This document shows, piece after piece, positions 1 through 7,879 of a DNA stretch of 64,000 nucleotides. Both the position numbers and the translations under genes were made by a program. The stretch is from a virus (taxonomy: Duplodnaviria; Caudoviricetes): IMG/VR virus record IMGVR_UViG_3300014019_000001, positions 52,400-116,399 of that record; one strand, 5' to 3'. The notes under the pieces are model-generated. The model was not told the DNA's origin. It made no database searches and saw only the letters and a program-made list of their open reading frames with translations. Within the stretch, counting starts at the first letter, position 1, and the number at the start of each line of letters is the position of its first letter.

Positions 1-129
1 GTTTCGGTAACGGTGATAGCTTTTACGGCGCTCATAGTAGTGGCCTCTCTTTATGCGATCTGTTTTATCAGTTGAGTCTTAGGGATGCAAACTGAATCAA
101 CAGGAGGCGAACGGGCAGCGAGCAGCGAT

Positions 130-183
130 GTTCCCCTAAAGTTACGCATTGACTCATGAAGCCATAGTGAACAAATAAGGAAC
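130..183 (+). promoter_or_regulatory. Alphaproteobacterial LexA (SOS) box(es) with sigma70-type -35
   Basis: GAAC-AAATAAG-GAAC at 169-183 (canonical GAAC-N7-GAAC) abuts the ATG at 184; degenerate GTTC-N7-GTTA at 130-144; TTGACT at 149-154. Confidence 0.75.
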
Positions 184-474
184 ATGAGGCATCGACGTGG
201 CATTGACCTGACAGTGCGGGAGAGCCGCTACGACATTCTTTACCTGGGACCGCTCCTGGATCCGGTGCATACGACCTTTGACGATATCCCGGAGTGGCAC
301 GCCCTGGGCGGCCATTGTGCCCGTTGCGAGCGCACCGGCTGGATCAACCGCTGGGAGGTCTCAAGGAAGTGGGGCAAGCACACTTTCCTAGGCTCACTCG
401 CCGGTCGACTGAGGTGCTTAGGGTGCGGCAACAAGGATGGGAACAAGTGGATTCTCGGCAAGCTGCCAAGATAA
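184..474 (+). CDS. Small CxxC...CxxC (zinc-binding) protein, probably SOS-regulated
   Basis: 96 aa with CARC and CLGC; LexA box at start. Confidence 0.7.
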   Translation: MRHRRGIDLTVRESRYDILYLGPLLDPVHTTFDDIPEWHALGGHCARCERTGWINRWEVSRKWGKHTFLGSLAGRLRCLGCGNKDGNKWILGKLPR

Positions 475-535
475 TTCTTGCAAAATAAATAGTGGCCACT
501 AAATATATAACCGTCGCTAACGAAAGGAGACGGTT

Positions 536-877
536 ATGGAAAGAAGGCATGAGGATCAGATGCGCGCCGTGATCGAGCGCGTTCAAACCCACGGCGTCGC
601 AGAGGTTCTGAAGAGTGAGATCCGCTTGTGGTTTGGCCAGGACAGAGTAGGGCGCCGCACCTGGCGCCAGATCGCCCAGATGTGGCGCGAGACCAGTCAG
701 GACATCTCCAAGCACAAGATGTTGGTCGGCGGGCTCGACACCGAGCATTGGTATTTCGTCTATGCCTACAACGCACCGACCAACGCGGCTTCGTATCTCA
801 AGGACGTGCGTTACCTCGCCGGCGAGGTCAATCCGGAAGGGCTGCCGGTTGCAATTCCGGAAGACGGCGAGGAGTGA
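536..877 (+). CDS. Hypothetical protein
   Basis: 113 aa, AAGGAG RBS upstream, hairpin downstream (894-912). Confidence 0.7.
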   Translation: MERRHEDQMRAVIERVQTHGVAEVLKSEIRLWFGQDRVGRRTWRQIAQMWRETSQDISKHKMLVGGLDTEHWYFVYAYNAPTNAASYLKDVRYLAGEVNPEGLPVAIPEDGEE

Positions 878-949
878 ATATTGCCTAGGAGCGAGCGTAG
901 TTGATACGCTCGTCTTCCTGAACCTGCCATGGGAGCGGCGGCCGGATTG

Positions 950-964
950 TTAACCACCTGTTAA
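950..964. promoter_or_regulatory. CtrA-type binding site
   Basis: TTAA-CCACCTG-TTAA (TTAA-N7-TTAA) in a GC-rich background, with extra TTAA half-sites at 967-970 and ~1003. Confidence 0.55.
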
Positions 965-1051
965 GGTTAATGGTTTCTTACGCTGAAAACTCTAGTGGAC
1001 CATTAAGGTTCGCTAGAGAGGAGGGTAGGGAAGGAGAGGGTGTTGCTGCTC

Positions 1052-1573
1052 TCACAAATACCTTCCCAGGAACTGGCGCACTTCGTCATCGGTCATGTCG
1101 CCGAGGTCGCTGGCGCCAGGGCAGACAAGAACGTCATCGCCGAGCTTCGCCAGCGGCACACCGCTTGGTCCAGGGTCACACACCGCAACCGTTGCTCTCG
1201 ATATCGAGCGCAGCCAAGGAATGATCTGCTTCGGATCGTTCGACAGCGTGCCGATGCCGGCCAAGCCCAGGTTATGAACGCGCACGGCATCGAACAGGCC
1301 TTCCATCAGGAAGAGAGGGCCGGGGCGGTCAAAGGTTTCCAGTCCGAACACAGCGATGTGCCCGTTTGATCGATAGGTGTAGTAACGCCCGTCGCGCGGA
1401 TGGTTCTTCGCCTTCTTGTCAGCATCTGGGCGATACTGCTGATAGCCGCACAGCACGCCTGACAGATTGTAGAGCATAAAGGTCGCGACACGCTCCCGCT
1501 CATCGATCGCTGGTGAATAGAGGGAGAAGTCGACGTGCCGGTCCTTCAGGTGCTGAATCATTGAAGGTGTCAT
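1052..1573 (-). CDS. Small stand-alone TOPRIM (primase-like) protein
   Basis: FLMEGLFDA and AVCDPG TOPRIM motifs, 173 aa. Confidence 0.7.
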   Translation of the reverse strand: MTPSMIQHLKDRHVDFSLYSPAIDERERVATFMLYNLSGVLCGYQQYRPDADKKAKNHPRDGRYYTYRSNGHIAVFGLETFDRPGPLFLMEGLFDAVRVHNLGLAGIGTLSNDPKQIIPWLRSISRATVAVCDPGPSGVPLAKLGDDVLVCPGASDLGDMTDDEVRQFLGRYL

Positions 1574-1797
1574 CCGCCCACCTGCTCGGCCATAAGGGCG
1601 TATTTGGCTTCGAGCACAGGCACCAGCGCCAGCATCTCCGTCTCGGTCAGATCGTCGTGCTCCTCGATCTCGGGAATGATGCCGCCCTCATCGGGGTCGC
1701 CGCGCACCAGGATGTCGTAATAGTGGATCTCCTCACCGCGCTCAGCGATGCGATCATCGTGCATGGCGAAGACCTGAATCTCGGTCGCAGGCGTCAC
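1570..1797 (-). CDS. Hypothetical acidic protein
   Basis: GTG start overlapping upstream stop; coupled to next gene. Confidence 0.55.
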   Translation of the reverse strand: MTPATEIQVFAMHDDRIAERGEEIHYYDILVRGDPDEGGIIPEIEEHDDLTETEMLALVPVLEAKYALMAEQVGG

Positions 1798-1985
1798 TTG
1801 CTTTCTTCCTTGAGGCAGCTCGGGCAAACGTCTTCCCGGAAATTGACGTCCGGCTCGCAAACGATGCGCCAGCCGGCCTCTTGCGCGGCTCTCTTGGTCT
1901 CGCCGTCGTAGGGCCAGGGAAGGTTCAGGCTGAACGTCGTCACCTTGCATCGATCACACAGAATGTATCGGCCGCCTTGGGGCAT
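1794..1985 (-). CDS. Small CxxC/CxxC zinc-finger-like protein
   Basis: CDRC...CPSC, 63 aa, TGATG-coupled. Confidence 0.65.
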   Translation of the reverse strand: MPQGGRYILCDRCKVTTFSLNLPWPYDGETKRAAQEAGWRIVCEPDVNFREDVCPSCLKEESK

Positions 1986-2260
1986 CAGAATCTCCCGTAT
2001 TTGGGGCTGGAGCGCATCGCGTCAGCCTCGGCTAGACGGAGCGCCCGTTCACCGGAACGGTGCTCGCGGACTCCCTGTGCGCCTTCTGCGAGGTAGATTT
2101 CGTGTTCCTCTTCCGTATCGAAGGCGTCGGTGCAGAAGCTGCATGGAGGATTGCCCGTCCAGCACGAACATCCACGGTCGAGTAACTCGCCATCCGGATC
2201 TTCGAATATCTTTCTCTCCGCTGGCGCTCCGTGATGAGCTGGAAGATTAAGTCGCATCAC
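1985..2260 (-). CDS. Cys-cluster protein with C-terminal PKYGRF motif
   Basis: CSCWTGNPPCSFC; ends MRSSPKYGRF. Confidence 0.7.
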   Translation of the reverse strand: MMRLNLPAHHGAPAERKIFEDPDGELLDRGCSCWTGNPPCSFCTDAFDTEEEHEIYLAEGAQGVREHRSGERALRLAEADAMRSSPKYGRF

Positions 2261-2266
2261 TCGACC

Positions 2267-2470
2267 TCATTGGAGAGCGACCCGGAGCGAGATCCTCTGG
2301 TCTTCGTTACCGACGAAGTGAATGACCTGCTCGACCATGTGAATGTCGCCTCGTGGCGCGCTGTCGATGATCAGGATCTCGCCGGCTCTAGGAACGTGTT
2401 TGAGATTGACCTCCCAATACCGCCCGGTCAGTTCCTGCGTATCGCTGACCTCTTCCACTTGAACCTTCAT
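2267..2470 (-). CDS. Hypothetical protein
   Basis: ATG coupled to upstream stop at 2470. Confidence 0.55.
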   Translation of the reverse strand: MKVQVEEVSDTQELTGRYWEVNLKHVPRAGEILIIDSAPRGDIHMVEQVIHFVGNEDQRISLRVALQ

Positions 2471-2910
2471 CAATCGACACTCCACGTTTTCACGATTTCT
2501 TCCACGGATTCGAACTTCATTGGCGCCTTGCCTTCCTCGATCACCGTGAGGATGTCGCTGCAATGGATCAGGGCGAAGCGCATACGGCGCTCGGCATTCG
2601 TGATCCACGGCTGCGTCTTGAGCGGCAGGTGGTTCATGGGCCAGGAGGCGACATCGCGGATCTTCTCGGCATCATGCTTCATACGCTCCTGATAATGGGC
2701 GTCACGGATTTGCTTCTTCTTCAGGGCGCGCTCGTTGAGGAGATCGGCGAGACGCCGGCCGGGATCTGCCGCCCGTGCTGCTTCTTGCGTCAGGGCACGC
2801 ACGTCCTCGGGGCTGAGAAGCATGAATTCGCGGAGCTCGTCCTTGATATGGGCATGCGCTGCTTTCCAGATATCGGGGCGCTGGTGCCAGGGGAGGGTGT
2901 TGTTAGACAT
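2470..2910 (-). CDS. Hypothetical protein
   Basis: 146 aa in tightly packed operon. Confidence 0.65.
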   Translation of the reverse strand: MSNNTLPWHQRPDIWKAAHAHIKDELREFMLLSPEDVRALTQEAARAADPGRRLADLLNERALKKKQIRDAHYQERMKHDAEKIRDVASWPMNHLPLKTQPWITNAERRMRFALIHCSDILTVIEEGKAPMKFESVEEIVKTWSVD

Positions 2911-2913
2911 GGT

Positions 2914-3210
2914 TCAGTCCACCGGAGCGAGTTGTTTCCAGATCCAGATGTCGCCGGCCTCGTCTTCGTAGCAGGTCTCGCCGTTTTCATCGGGAAGCGG
3001 CACCTGTGTATCCCAATGGACCTTGCTCTCGCCGGCGTAGCAGGGCGTGCCGTCAGGCTTGAAGCCAGACACCGCTGCCGTCACAAGGACATGCTCGCAG
3101 ACGCCGACGATCACAGCGCCGGTTGGCGATTTGTAGCGGCTTGGCTCCTGAAGATCCGCGAGATAGTTGTTCAGCGCGTCCTCGACCTCGGTCTTCGTGA
3201 CCATTTCCAT
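2914..3210 (-). CDS. Hypothetical protein
   Basis: 98 aa in operon. Confidence 0.6.
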   Translation of the reverse strand: MEMVTKTEVEDALNNYLADLQEPSRYKSPTGAVIVGVCEHVLVTAAVSGFKPDGTPCYAGESKVHWDTQVPLPDENGETCYEDEAGDIWIWKQLAPVD

Positions 3211-3365
3211 GATTTTGACCGCCTGGGATCAGGCCGTCTTCGATCTCGGATCGGTCGCTTCCCAGAATTTGTGACCGACCGGCGCCTGGTAGCCACTGCC
3301 GATCAACTCAGCGAGGATGTGGCGGGCCAGATCGTTCGTTTCGTGGACAATCTGCTCGTCGGTTC

Positions 3366-3623
3366 TCATGATGCCTTTCCTTCGATTGCTGTGCCGGCGG
3401 GGCGATAGCTGTCGTCAAATTCCGGCTGTTTGGATCGGGCGATGACGTCGCGGATCTTCATCAGCAGCTCTCGCGGGAAGATGCTCTCCACCGCCTTGCA
3501 TGCCTCCAGGTTTTCGACCGAGGCGCCACAGAGCGGGCAGGGGTTGGGCACGTCGTTGTGGCAAGGGCATCGCTTTGACGCCCAATCCACCACTTCCTTG
3601 AGCATGGCCACGGCATCAGTCAT
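3366..3623 (-). CDS. Small Cys-rich protein
   Basis: CPC...CPLC; start coupled to upstream stop. Confidence 0.55.
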   Translation of the reverse strand: MTDAVAMLKEVVDWASKRCPCHNDVPNPCPLCGASVENLEACKAVESIFPRELLMKIRDVIARSKQPEFDDSYRPAGTAIEGKAS

Positions 3624-3823
3624 CACCAGCGTCCTTCTGTGATCATGCGCGCCTGAATGCCGTTGGCGTCGTAGTCGCCGGGACGAAGCTCCAACTGGCG
3701 CGCCGCTTCGTCGATGAAGTGGCTGTAACTCGGACCCATGCCGACGTCCGGGCATGCGTCGTCGTAGCGCTTGAGCGCCATAGCCAGTCGGAAGACGGCA
3801 ATGTTGGCGTCGACACACTTCAT
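3623..3823 (-). CDS. Hypothetical protein
   Basis: ATGA-coupled, 66 aa. Confidence 0.55.
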   Translation of the reverse strand: MKCVDANIAVFRLAMALKRYDDACPDVGMGPSYSHFIDEAARQLELRPGDYDANGIQARMITEGRW

Positions 3824-4377
3824 GGCTTCGACTCCAGGCCCATCATCAGGGTGCAGCACTGCGACCAGGCGCGCTGCCAGAGCGTTTCGTCGCCACCACG
3901 CAGGGCGCGTTCCAGCAGCTCCTTCTTCTCGCGCAGATAGACGGGCGCGAAGCCGGGGTCGTAAAGGGCGATCGAGGACGTGTTGTCGATCAGGTCGGCG
4001 ATCTTGATGGTCTTGGTCTGGTTCGACGCCTCGGCCAGCCGGTTGAGGTTGATCTCGAAGCGCTCCTTGCGATTGCCCGCCTCCAGACCGACATTCGTCA
4101 GCGCCTGGACCTTCAAGTAGACCACGGTGCCAAACTGGTCCTCGATGTGGTCGAGGGTGATGCCGGTGTCTTCCACCACGTCATGCAGCAAGGCGGCTGC
4201 GACGTCGGTCCAGTGATGCCCGTGGACGGTCTGCACGATGGCGGCCACGGCACGCGGATGGGCGATATAGGCTTCGCCCGTGTATTTGCGCACCTGGCGG
4301 GCACCGGTATGTGCCGCGAAGGCGAACAGATCCGCCGTCTGGATCATGCGAGATCCGAGGTTGGAATAGTGGTTCAT
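3820..4377 (-). CDS. RelA/SpoT-type HD hydrolase (Mesh1-like small alarmone hydrolase family)
   Basis: AHTGARQVRKYTGEAYIAHP, ALLHDVVED and IKIADLIDN motifs. Confidence 0.85.
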   Translation of the reverse strand: MNHYSNLGSRMIQTADLFAFAAHTGARQVRKYTGEAYIAHPRAVAAIVQTVHGHHWTDVAAALLHDVVEDTGITLDHIEDQFGTVVYLKVQALTNVGLEAGNRKERFEINLNRLAEASNQTKTIKIADLIDNTSSIALYDPGFAPVYLREKKELLERALRGGDETLWQRAWSQCCTLMMGLESKP

Positions 4378-4550
4378 CCGAAGAACCCTCCGCAGGCGAG
4401 CACGATCAGGGTGATGAGGGTGACGACGATCTGCACGGGCGCGCGAATGACGACCTCCTTCCCGTTCTTGGATGCTGCCGCGATCATGCCGAAGGCAAGC
4501 CACGCGAGGATGACCCACTGCGGCCAGCCGAAGGATGCGACGTTGATCAT
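4374..4550 (-). CDS. Small two-TM membrane protein
   Basis: 58 aa with two hydrophobic segments; GAGG RBS. Confidence 0.6.
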   Translation of the reverse strand: MINVASFGWPQWVILAWLAFGMIAAASKNGKEVVIRAPVQIVVTLITLIVLACGGFFG

Positions 4551-4576
4551 TCCATTTCCTCTCTCGTTTTGCGCTA

Positions 4577-4594
4577 TAGGTAAGCGCTTACTGA
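4577..4594. promoter_or_regulatory. 18-bp palindromic operator
   Basis: TAGGTAAGCGCTTACTGA vs consensus TAAGTAAGCGCTTACTTA. Confidence 0.75.
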
Positions 4595-4708
4595 TCATGC
4601 TCGGGGTCAAAGCGCCTTGGTCGGACAAGGCTTCCCACGAGTTTCGGGGTGCTACTGAAACGCCCTCATGCGTGACGGAGTTCGCACATACCCGCCGACA
4701 AGCTAAAC

Positions 4709-4795
4709 TGGAGTGCTGAGCAGGATTCGAACCTGCGACGCCCTTACGGGACCGGATTTGCAATCCGGCGCGTTCAACCACTTCGCTACCAGCAC
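4709..4795 (-). tRNA. tRNA-Cys(GCA) with long variable arm and encoded CCA
   Basis: Acceptor GTGCTGG/TCAGCAC plus U73-CCA; anticodon arm CCGGA-TTGCAAA-TCCGG; V-arm CCC-GTAA-GGG; T-arm GCAGG-TTCGAAT-CCTGC. Confidence 0.9.
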
Positions 4796-4797
4796 GA

Positions 4798-5529
4798 ATG
4801 ACGATGGACACAAGGCAAGCTCGAAGCTGCATCCGGTTCTCCCGGATCACTACGGGCGATCAACTCCGCAAGCCATCGTCATCTTGGCGAGCTTCCATCG
4901 CGCCTCCCCAGGTGTCTTTTTGCGACTGAGGTCTACCTGGTTACACCTGCTTGCCGTCGCTATTCAGCGCCAGCGAATTTCTCCTGGGAGAGACAGCCAA
5001 TCTCTCCTTTCTCAGCGCCGCAGATTGTCGAAGGCTTTCTCCGCTGCGCCACTACTCAGCCCGTCAATTCGGACCCAAGACCTTGTTGCCCATTCGGGCG
5101 AAACTGGCGCTCACGAGAGGAGTCGAACCTCTAGCCGGCTGGCCTGTGACTTGCGTCACTCCGACTGCTTCCGACGTCACCCGACAGCTATTCGACCCTT
5201 ATCCGGAGTCCAGATCGACATCGCCTGGAAGCTAGAGCATTGTGCGGCACTCTCTCCGCCCGTCACGATTTCACTCGTCGCCGAGGTCGCGACCCTCGGA
5301 TGCCTTAATTTTCAGCCCACGCTGGAGACATAGGATAGCTACTCCTCGCTCCGTCACTGACCAGATCAACGCCCGCCTAGAATAGGCAGAAGATCCAGAG
5401 GCTACCGGCGCCCGTGGCGCTTGGGCAGTGGGCATTATCGGCGCTTCAATTCTGGCGTTACCGCCAACTCTGACGCACCAATCTCACTTATTTCATTCCC
5501 GACACCTCATTCGCTGTTGCTGTGCGATC
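4798..5529 (-). ncRNA. Large structured non-coding RNA candidate (~730 nt, GOLLD-like context)
   Basis: No credible ORF; own promoter at 5551-5576; many helices, GNRA tetraloops, internal T-arm followed by CCA; abuts tRNA. Confidence 0.65.
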
Positions 5530-5576
5530 TAACTAAGTGCTTACATATCTCTTATAACGCGCTTAGCGTCGGGTCA
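5530..5576 (-). promoter_or_regulatory. Phage-type promoter plus operator driving the ncRNA-tRNA unit
   Basis: Minus strand TGACCC-N12-GTTATAA followed by operator at 5530-5547. Confidence 0.75.
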
Positions 5577-5593
5577 CTATTGGATTCTTCAGG

Positions 5594-5947
5594 TCAGTAA
5601 TCGGAGGCGTAGAACAGGGACAGGACGCGGATGGTCACGGCGGGATCCTCCGGGTGATTGCTGCCGCTCTCCTCGTCCAAGGCGTAGTAGTCGATCTTGA
5701 ACATGAAGGGCTTGCTCTCGCCCTCAACCGTGAACGTGCCGAAATCGTGCTCATGGTAGGGATCATTGTCCTCCGGCCAGTCGTCGAAGGTTCGCAGCGC
5801 CTGGATGATCGGTGTCAGCCGCTCACGGTCAGGGCGTTCCCGCGCGAGATCGCCGGTAAGAATGCTGTGACCGTTGATCGATCTTCCGGTTGTCCGAAGC
5901 TCGTCGTTGAGATTGCGGGTGCGGATTTTCTTCTCTTCCTCTGTCAC
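5594..5947 (-). CDS. DUF3768-family protein
   Basis: LNDELR...DNDPYHEHDFG...FKIDYY...P..P..T.RVL...ASDY signature. Confidence 0.8.
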   Translation of the reverse strand: MTEEEKKIRTRNLNDELRTTGRSINGHSILTGDLARERPDRERLTPIIQALRTFDDWPEDNDPYHEHDFGTFTVEGESKPFMFKIDYYALDEESGSNHPEDPAVTIRVLSLFYASDY

Positions 5948-6207
5948 CACAGATCCTCGGAATAGAGCGACGGCCCCTTGCTGTCGCTGATGATTTGCTT
6001 GGCGCGCCAGGCAATACCGTATGCCTCGACGCGGTTGACGTAGCGCCCGGTGCTTGTGACAAAGCCTTGGCATTGCGGGATCATGGCCGACCCGTTCAGC
6101 CCCATAGTCTGATCCATGGTCTGGATGATCGTGTGATGGCGCGCCGGTGGTGGTAGACTGACTATGGCGCCGAAATAGACGGCGGCCGCAGCTATGCGTT
6201 CATCCAT
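5944..6207 (-). CDS. Hypothetical phage protein
   Basis: RHH...QGFVTSTGRYVNR.EA...LYSEDLW, resembles a common phage family. Confidence 0.75.
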   Translation of the reverse strand: MDERIAAAAVYFGAIVSLPPPARHHTIIQTMDQTMGLNGSAMIPQCQGFVTSTGRYVNRVEAYGIAWRAKQIISDSKGPSLYSEDLW

Positions 6208-6403
6208 TGCGAATCCTCGCTATTTCAGCCTGAACCTCTTCCAGTTGCTGTCTCAGCATCCGCTCTCGAACCATCAGCGGCGCCAGGCGCTCAAGCTCGC
6301 CAATGACCGTCTCTGCGATCTTTTGGTGGTCGTCGAAATCATCGGGAACGATTGTGGTGAACTCGATTCTGTGGTGCATGCGAACGGGCTCGTAATTGGC
6401 CAT
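6200..6403 (-). CDS. Hypothetical coiled-coil protein
   Basis: 67 aa, coupled on both sides. Confidence 0.6.
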   Translation of the reverse strand: MANYEPVRMHHRIEFTTIVPDDFDDHQKIAETVIGELERLAPLMVRERMLRQQLEEVQAEIARIRNG

Positions 6404-6885
6404 CAGAACCTCCCGAAGTTGGGGTTTGCTTGCTTCATGTCGGCGGTGAGCGCATCGACCAGCCGGGCGTGCATCTGCTCGCCGATGACCTTTGCCATCG
6501 CTAGGGAAGGGTATTCTTTGCCGACGCGGCGGTCTCCGACCCTGATGGTCCAGAAGCTGCGAGGTCCGGCTGCAGGGTTGGGGTTGCGCGGATCGTGCGC
6601 GTCACCTCTCACCCGGATGATGTCGACCTTGGCTGCCGGAAACACCTCGTTCTCGAAGGAGAAGTCTGGCGGCGATGGCGGCAGAGATCGCGGCCAGGTG
6701 AAGGACAGCTCATCGATCCAAAAATGCGTGATAGCCTTCCCGGAAAGCGTGCCGCGATCCTTGAGCTTCGTCAGGGTGAAATCGGACTTAGGATAGGGCG
6801 TTGGCAGTGCCATATCGATGATCGGCAGTTTTCTCATCTTGCCGAGGTCGTCTTCAAACTCCAGGGAGTAGCTGGTCAGAGCCAT
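6403..6885 (-). CDS. Hypothetical protein with C-terminal PNFGRF motif
   Basis: Ends MKQANPNFGRF. Confidence 0.7.
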   Translation of the reverse strand: MALTSYSLEFEDDLGKMRKLPIIDMALPTPYPKSDFTLTKLKDRGTLSGKAITHFWIDELSFTWPRSLPPSPPDFSFENEVFPAAKVDIIRVRGDAHDPRNPNPAAGPRSFWTIRVGDRRVGKEYPSLAMAKVIGEQMHARLVDALTADMKQANPNFGRF

Positions 6886-7115
6886 CTGGGCACCACATGG
6901 TCCACACGGTTGAATGGAATGAAGACCGAATTGCCATGAGTGCCCGTGTCGAGAAACAACTGCGTGTCCTGCTCGGTTTGCAGCTCCAGGAAATACTCAT
7001 TCATCGACTTCAACGTGCCTTGGAAACGATGCCCCGAGAGCGTGGTGACGATCAGCTCGAAGGCTTTGCCCTTCGCCTGCGTCTCGATGTGTTTCAGAAT
7101 CCGATAAGCGCTCAT
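6876..7115 (-). CDS. Sm/LSm-like small protein
   Basis: VTTLSGHRFQGTLKSMNEYFLEL (Sm1-like) and SVFIPFNRVDHV (Sm2-like). Confidence 0.5.
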   Translation of the reverse strand: MSAYRILKHIETQAKGKAFELIVTTLSGHRFQGTLKSMNEYFLELQTEQDTQLFLDTGTHGNSVFIPFNRVDHVVPRWL

Positions 7116-7324
7116 ACGTGTGCCAGCTCCCTTCTCACCCGGCGGATCTGCGAAATGACGTTCTTGATGGCGCGGCGGTTGTTATCGCCGGTAGTCTTGC
7201 GGGGAACGACGCCGGCAAGCTGGCCGCATACCCGGATGTGGTAGTGGCGGGTGCCATTCTCGATCTCCCAGTCGTCCTGCTTCTCGAGCTCCGTCATGAG
7301 GATCGGCGGAAGGCGGTTGCTCAC
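7112..7324 (-). CDS. Hypothetical protein (HicA-like size and pattern)
   Basis: 70 aa, GTRHYHI. Confidence 0.55.
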   Translation of the reverse strand: MSNRLPPILMTELEKQDDWEIENGTRHYHIRVCGQLAGVVPRKTTGDNNRRAIKNVISQIRRVRRELAHV

Positions 7325-7569
7325 GTCACAGCCCTCGGGAACGACACGACGTTGGTCGCCGGCTGCTCGGGCTCCTCCTTCTTGACGGGCGCGGCCGCCG
7401 GCGCCTCGATGACCTCTTCGACTTGCTCATCCGTGGGCACGACGCAGCTCGCCAAGCGCAGATAGGCGCCGCCGATCTTAACCTTCAGTATGAAGCGACC
7501 GGGCGCAGGCTGCGTGATTACGAGCCGGCCGGACGCCAGCGCTGAGTTGATCAGGTATTCGACGATCAT
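7321..7569 (-). CDS. Hypothetical protein
   Basis: First gene after promoter; AAGGAG RBS. Confidence 0.65.
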   Translation of the reverse strand: MIVEYLINSALASGRLVITQPAPGRFILKVKIGGAYLRLASCVVPTDEQVEEVIEAPAAAPVKKEEPEQPATNVVSFPRAVT

Positions 7570-7584
7570 CGTTCACTCCTTCGC

Positions 7585-7626
7585 TAAGTCAGTTATTACT
7601 TAGTATAGCGAGAGAGTGAGCGGGTT
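7585..7626 (-). promoter_or_regulatory. Phage-type promoter plus operator
   Basis: AACCC-N12-GCTATA; operator TAAGTCAGTTATTACTTA at 7585-7602. Confidence 0.75.
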
Positions 7627-7636
7627 GCGTTTGGAT

Positions 7637-7879
7637 TCAGTCGGCCGCCGCGAAACGCCGCTCCGACCAGTTGGCGAAAGCGGCGTCGGCCTTGGTCTCG
7701 GTCAGGCGCAATGCAGAATCGACGGCGTTGATGAACACGCCACGGTCGGCTTCACTGTATTCTGCAAGGCTCGCCTTGATCGGGCACTCCTCGCCGGGAT
7801 GGCGCGCGGTATAGGCCCGCCGCATGGATGCAAGAAAGCCCTCGGCGGCGAACTCAAGGCGCAGGCGGCTCAAGCTCAA
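7637..7879 (-). CDS. Hypothetical protein
   Basis: 80 aa. Confidence 0.55.
   Translation of the reverse strand: MSLSRLRLEFAAEGFLASMRRAYTARHPGEECPIKASLAEYSEADRGVFINAVDSALRLTETKADAAFANWSERRFAAAD

Noticed and set aside
4713-5333. 206-aa and 94-aa plus-strand ORFs, and the 5' extension of ORF 4374-4850
   Set aside because: Overlap the tRNA and structured RNA; atypical composition; no RBS
5105-5420. Element as tmRNA (one- or two-piece) or as a second complete tRNA
   Set aside because: Has a T-arm and CCA but no G3:U70 Ala acceptor, no A discriminator, no tag frame ending in AA and no adjacent D or anticodon arm; kept as part of the large RNA
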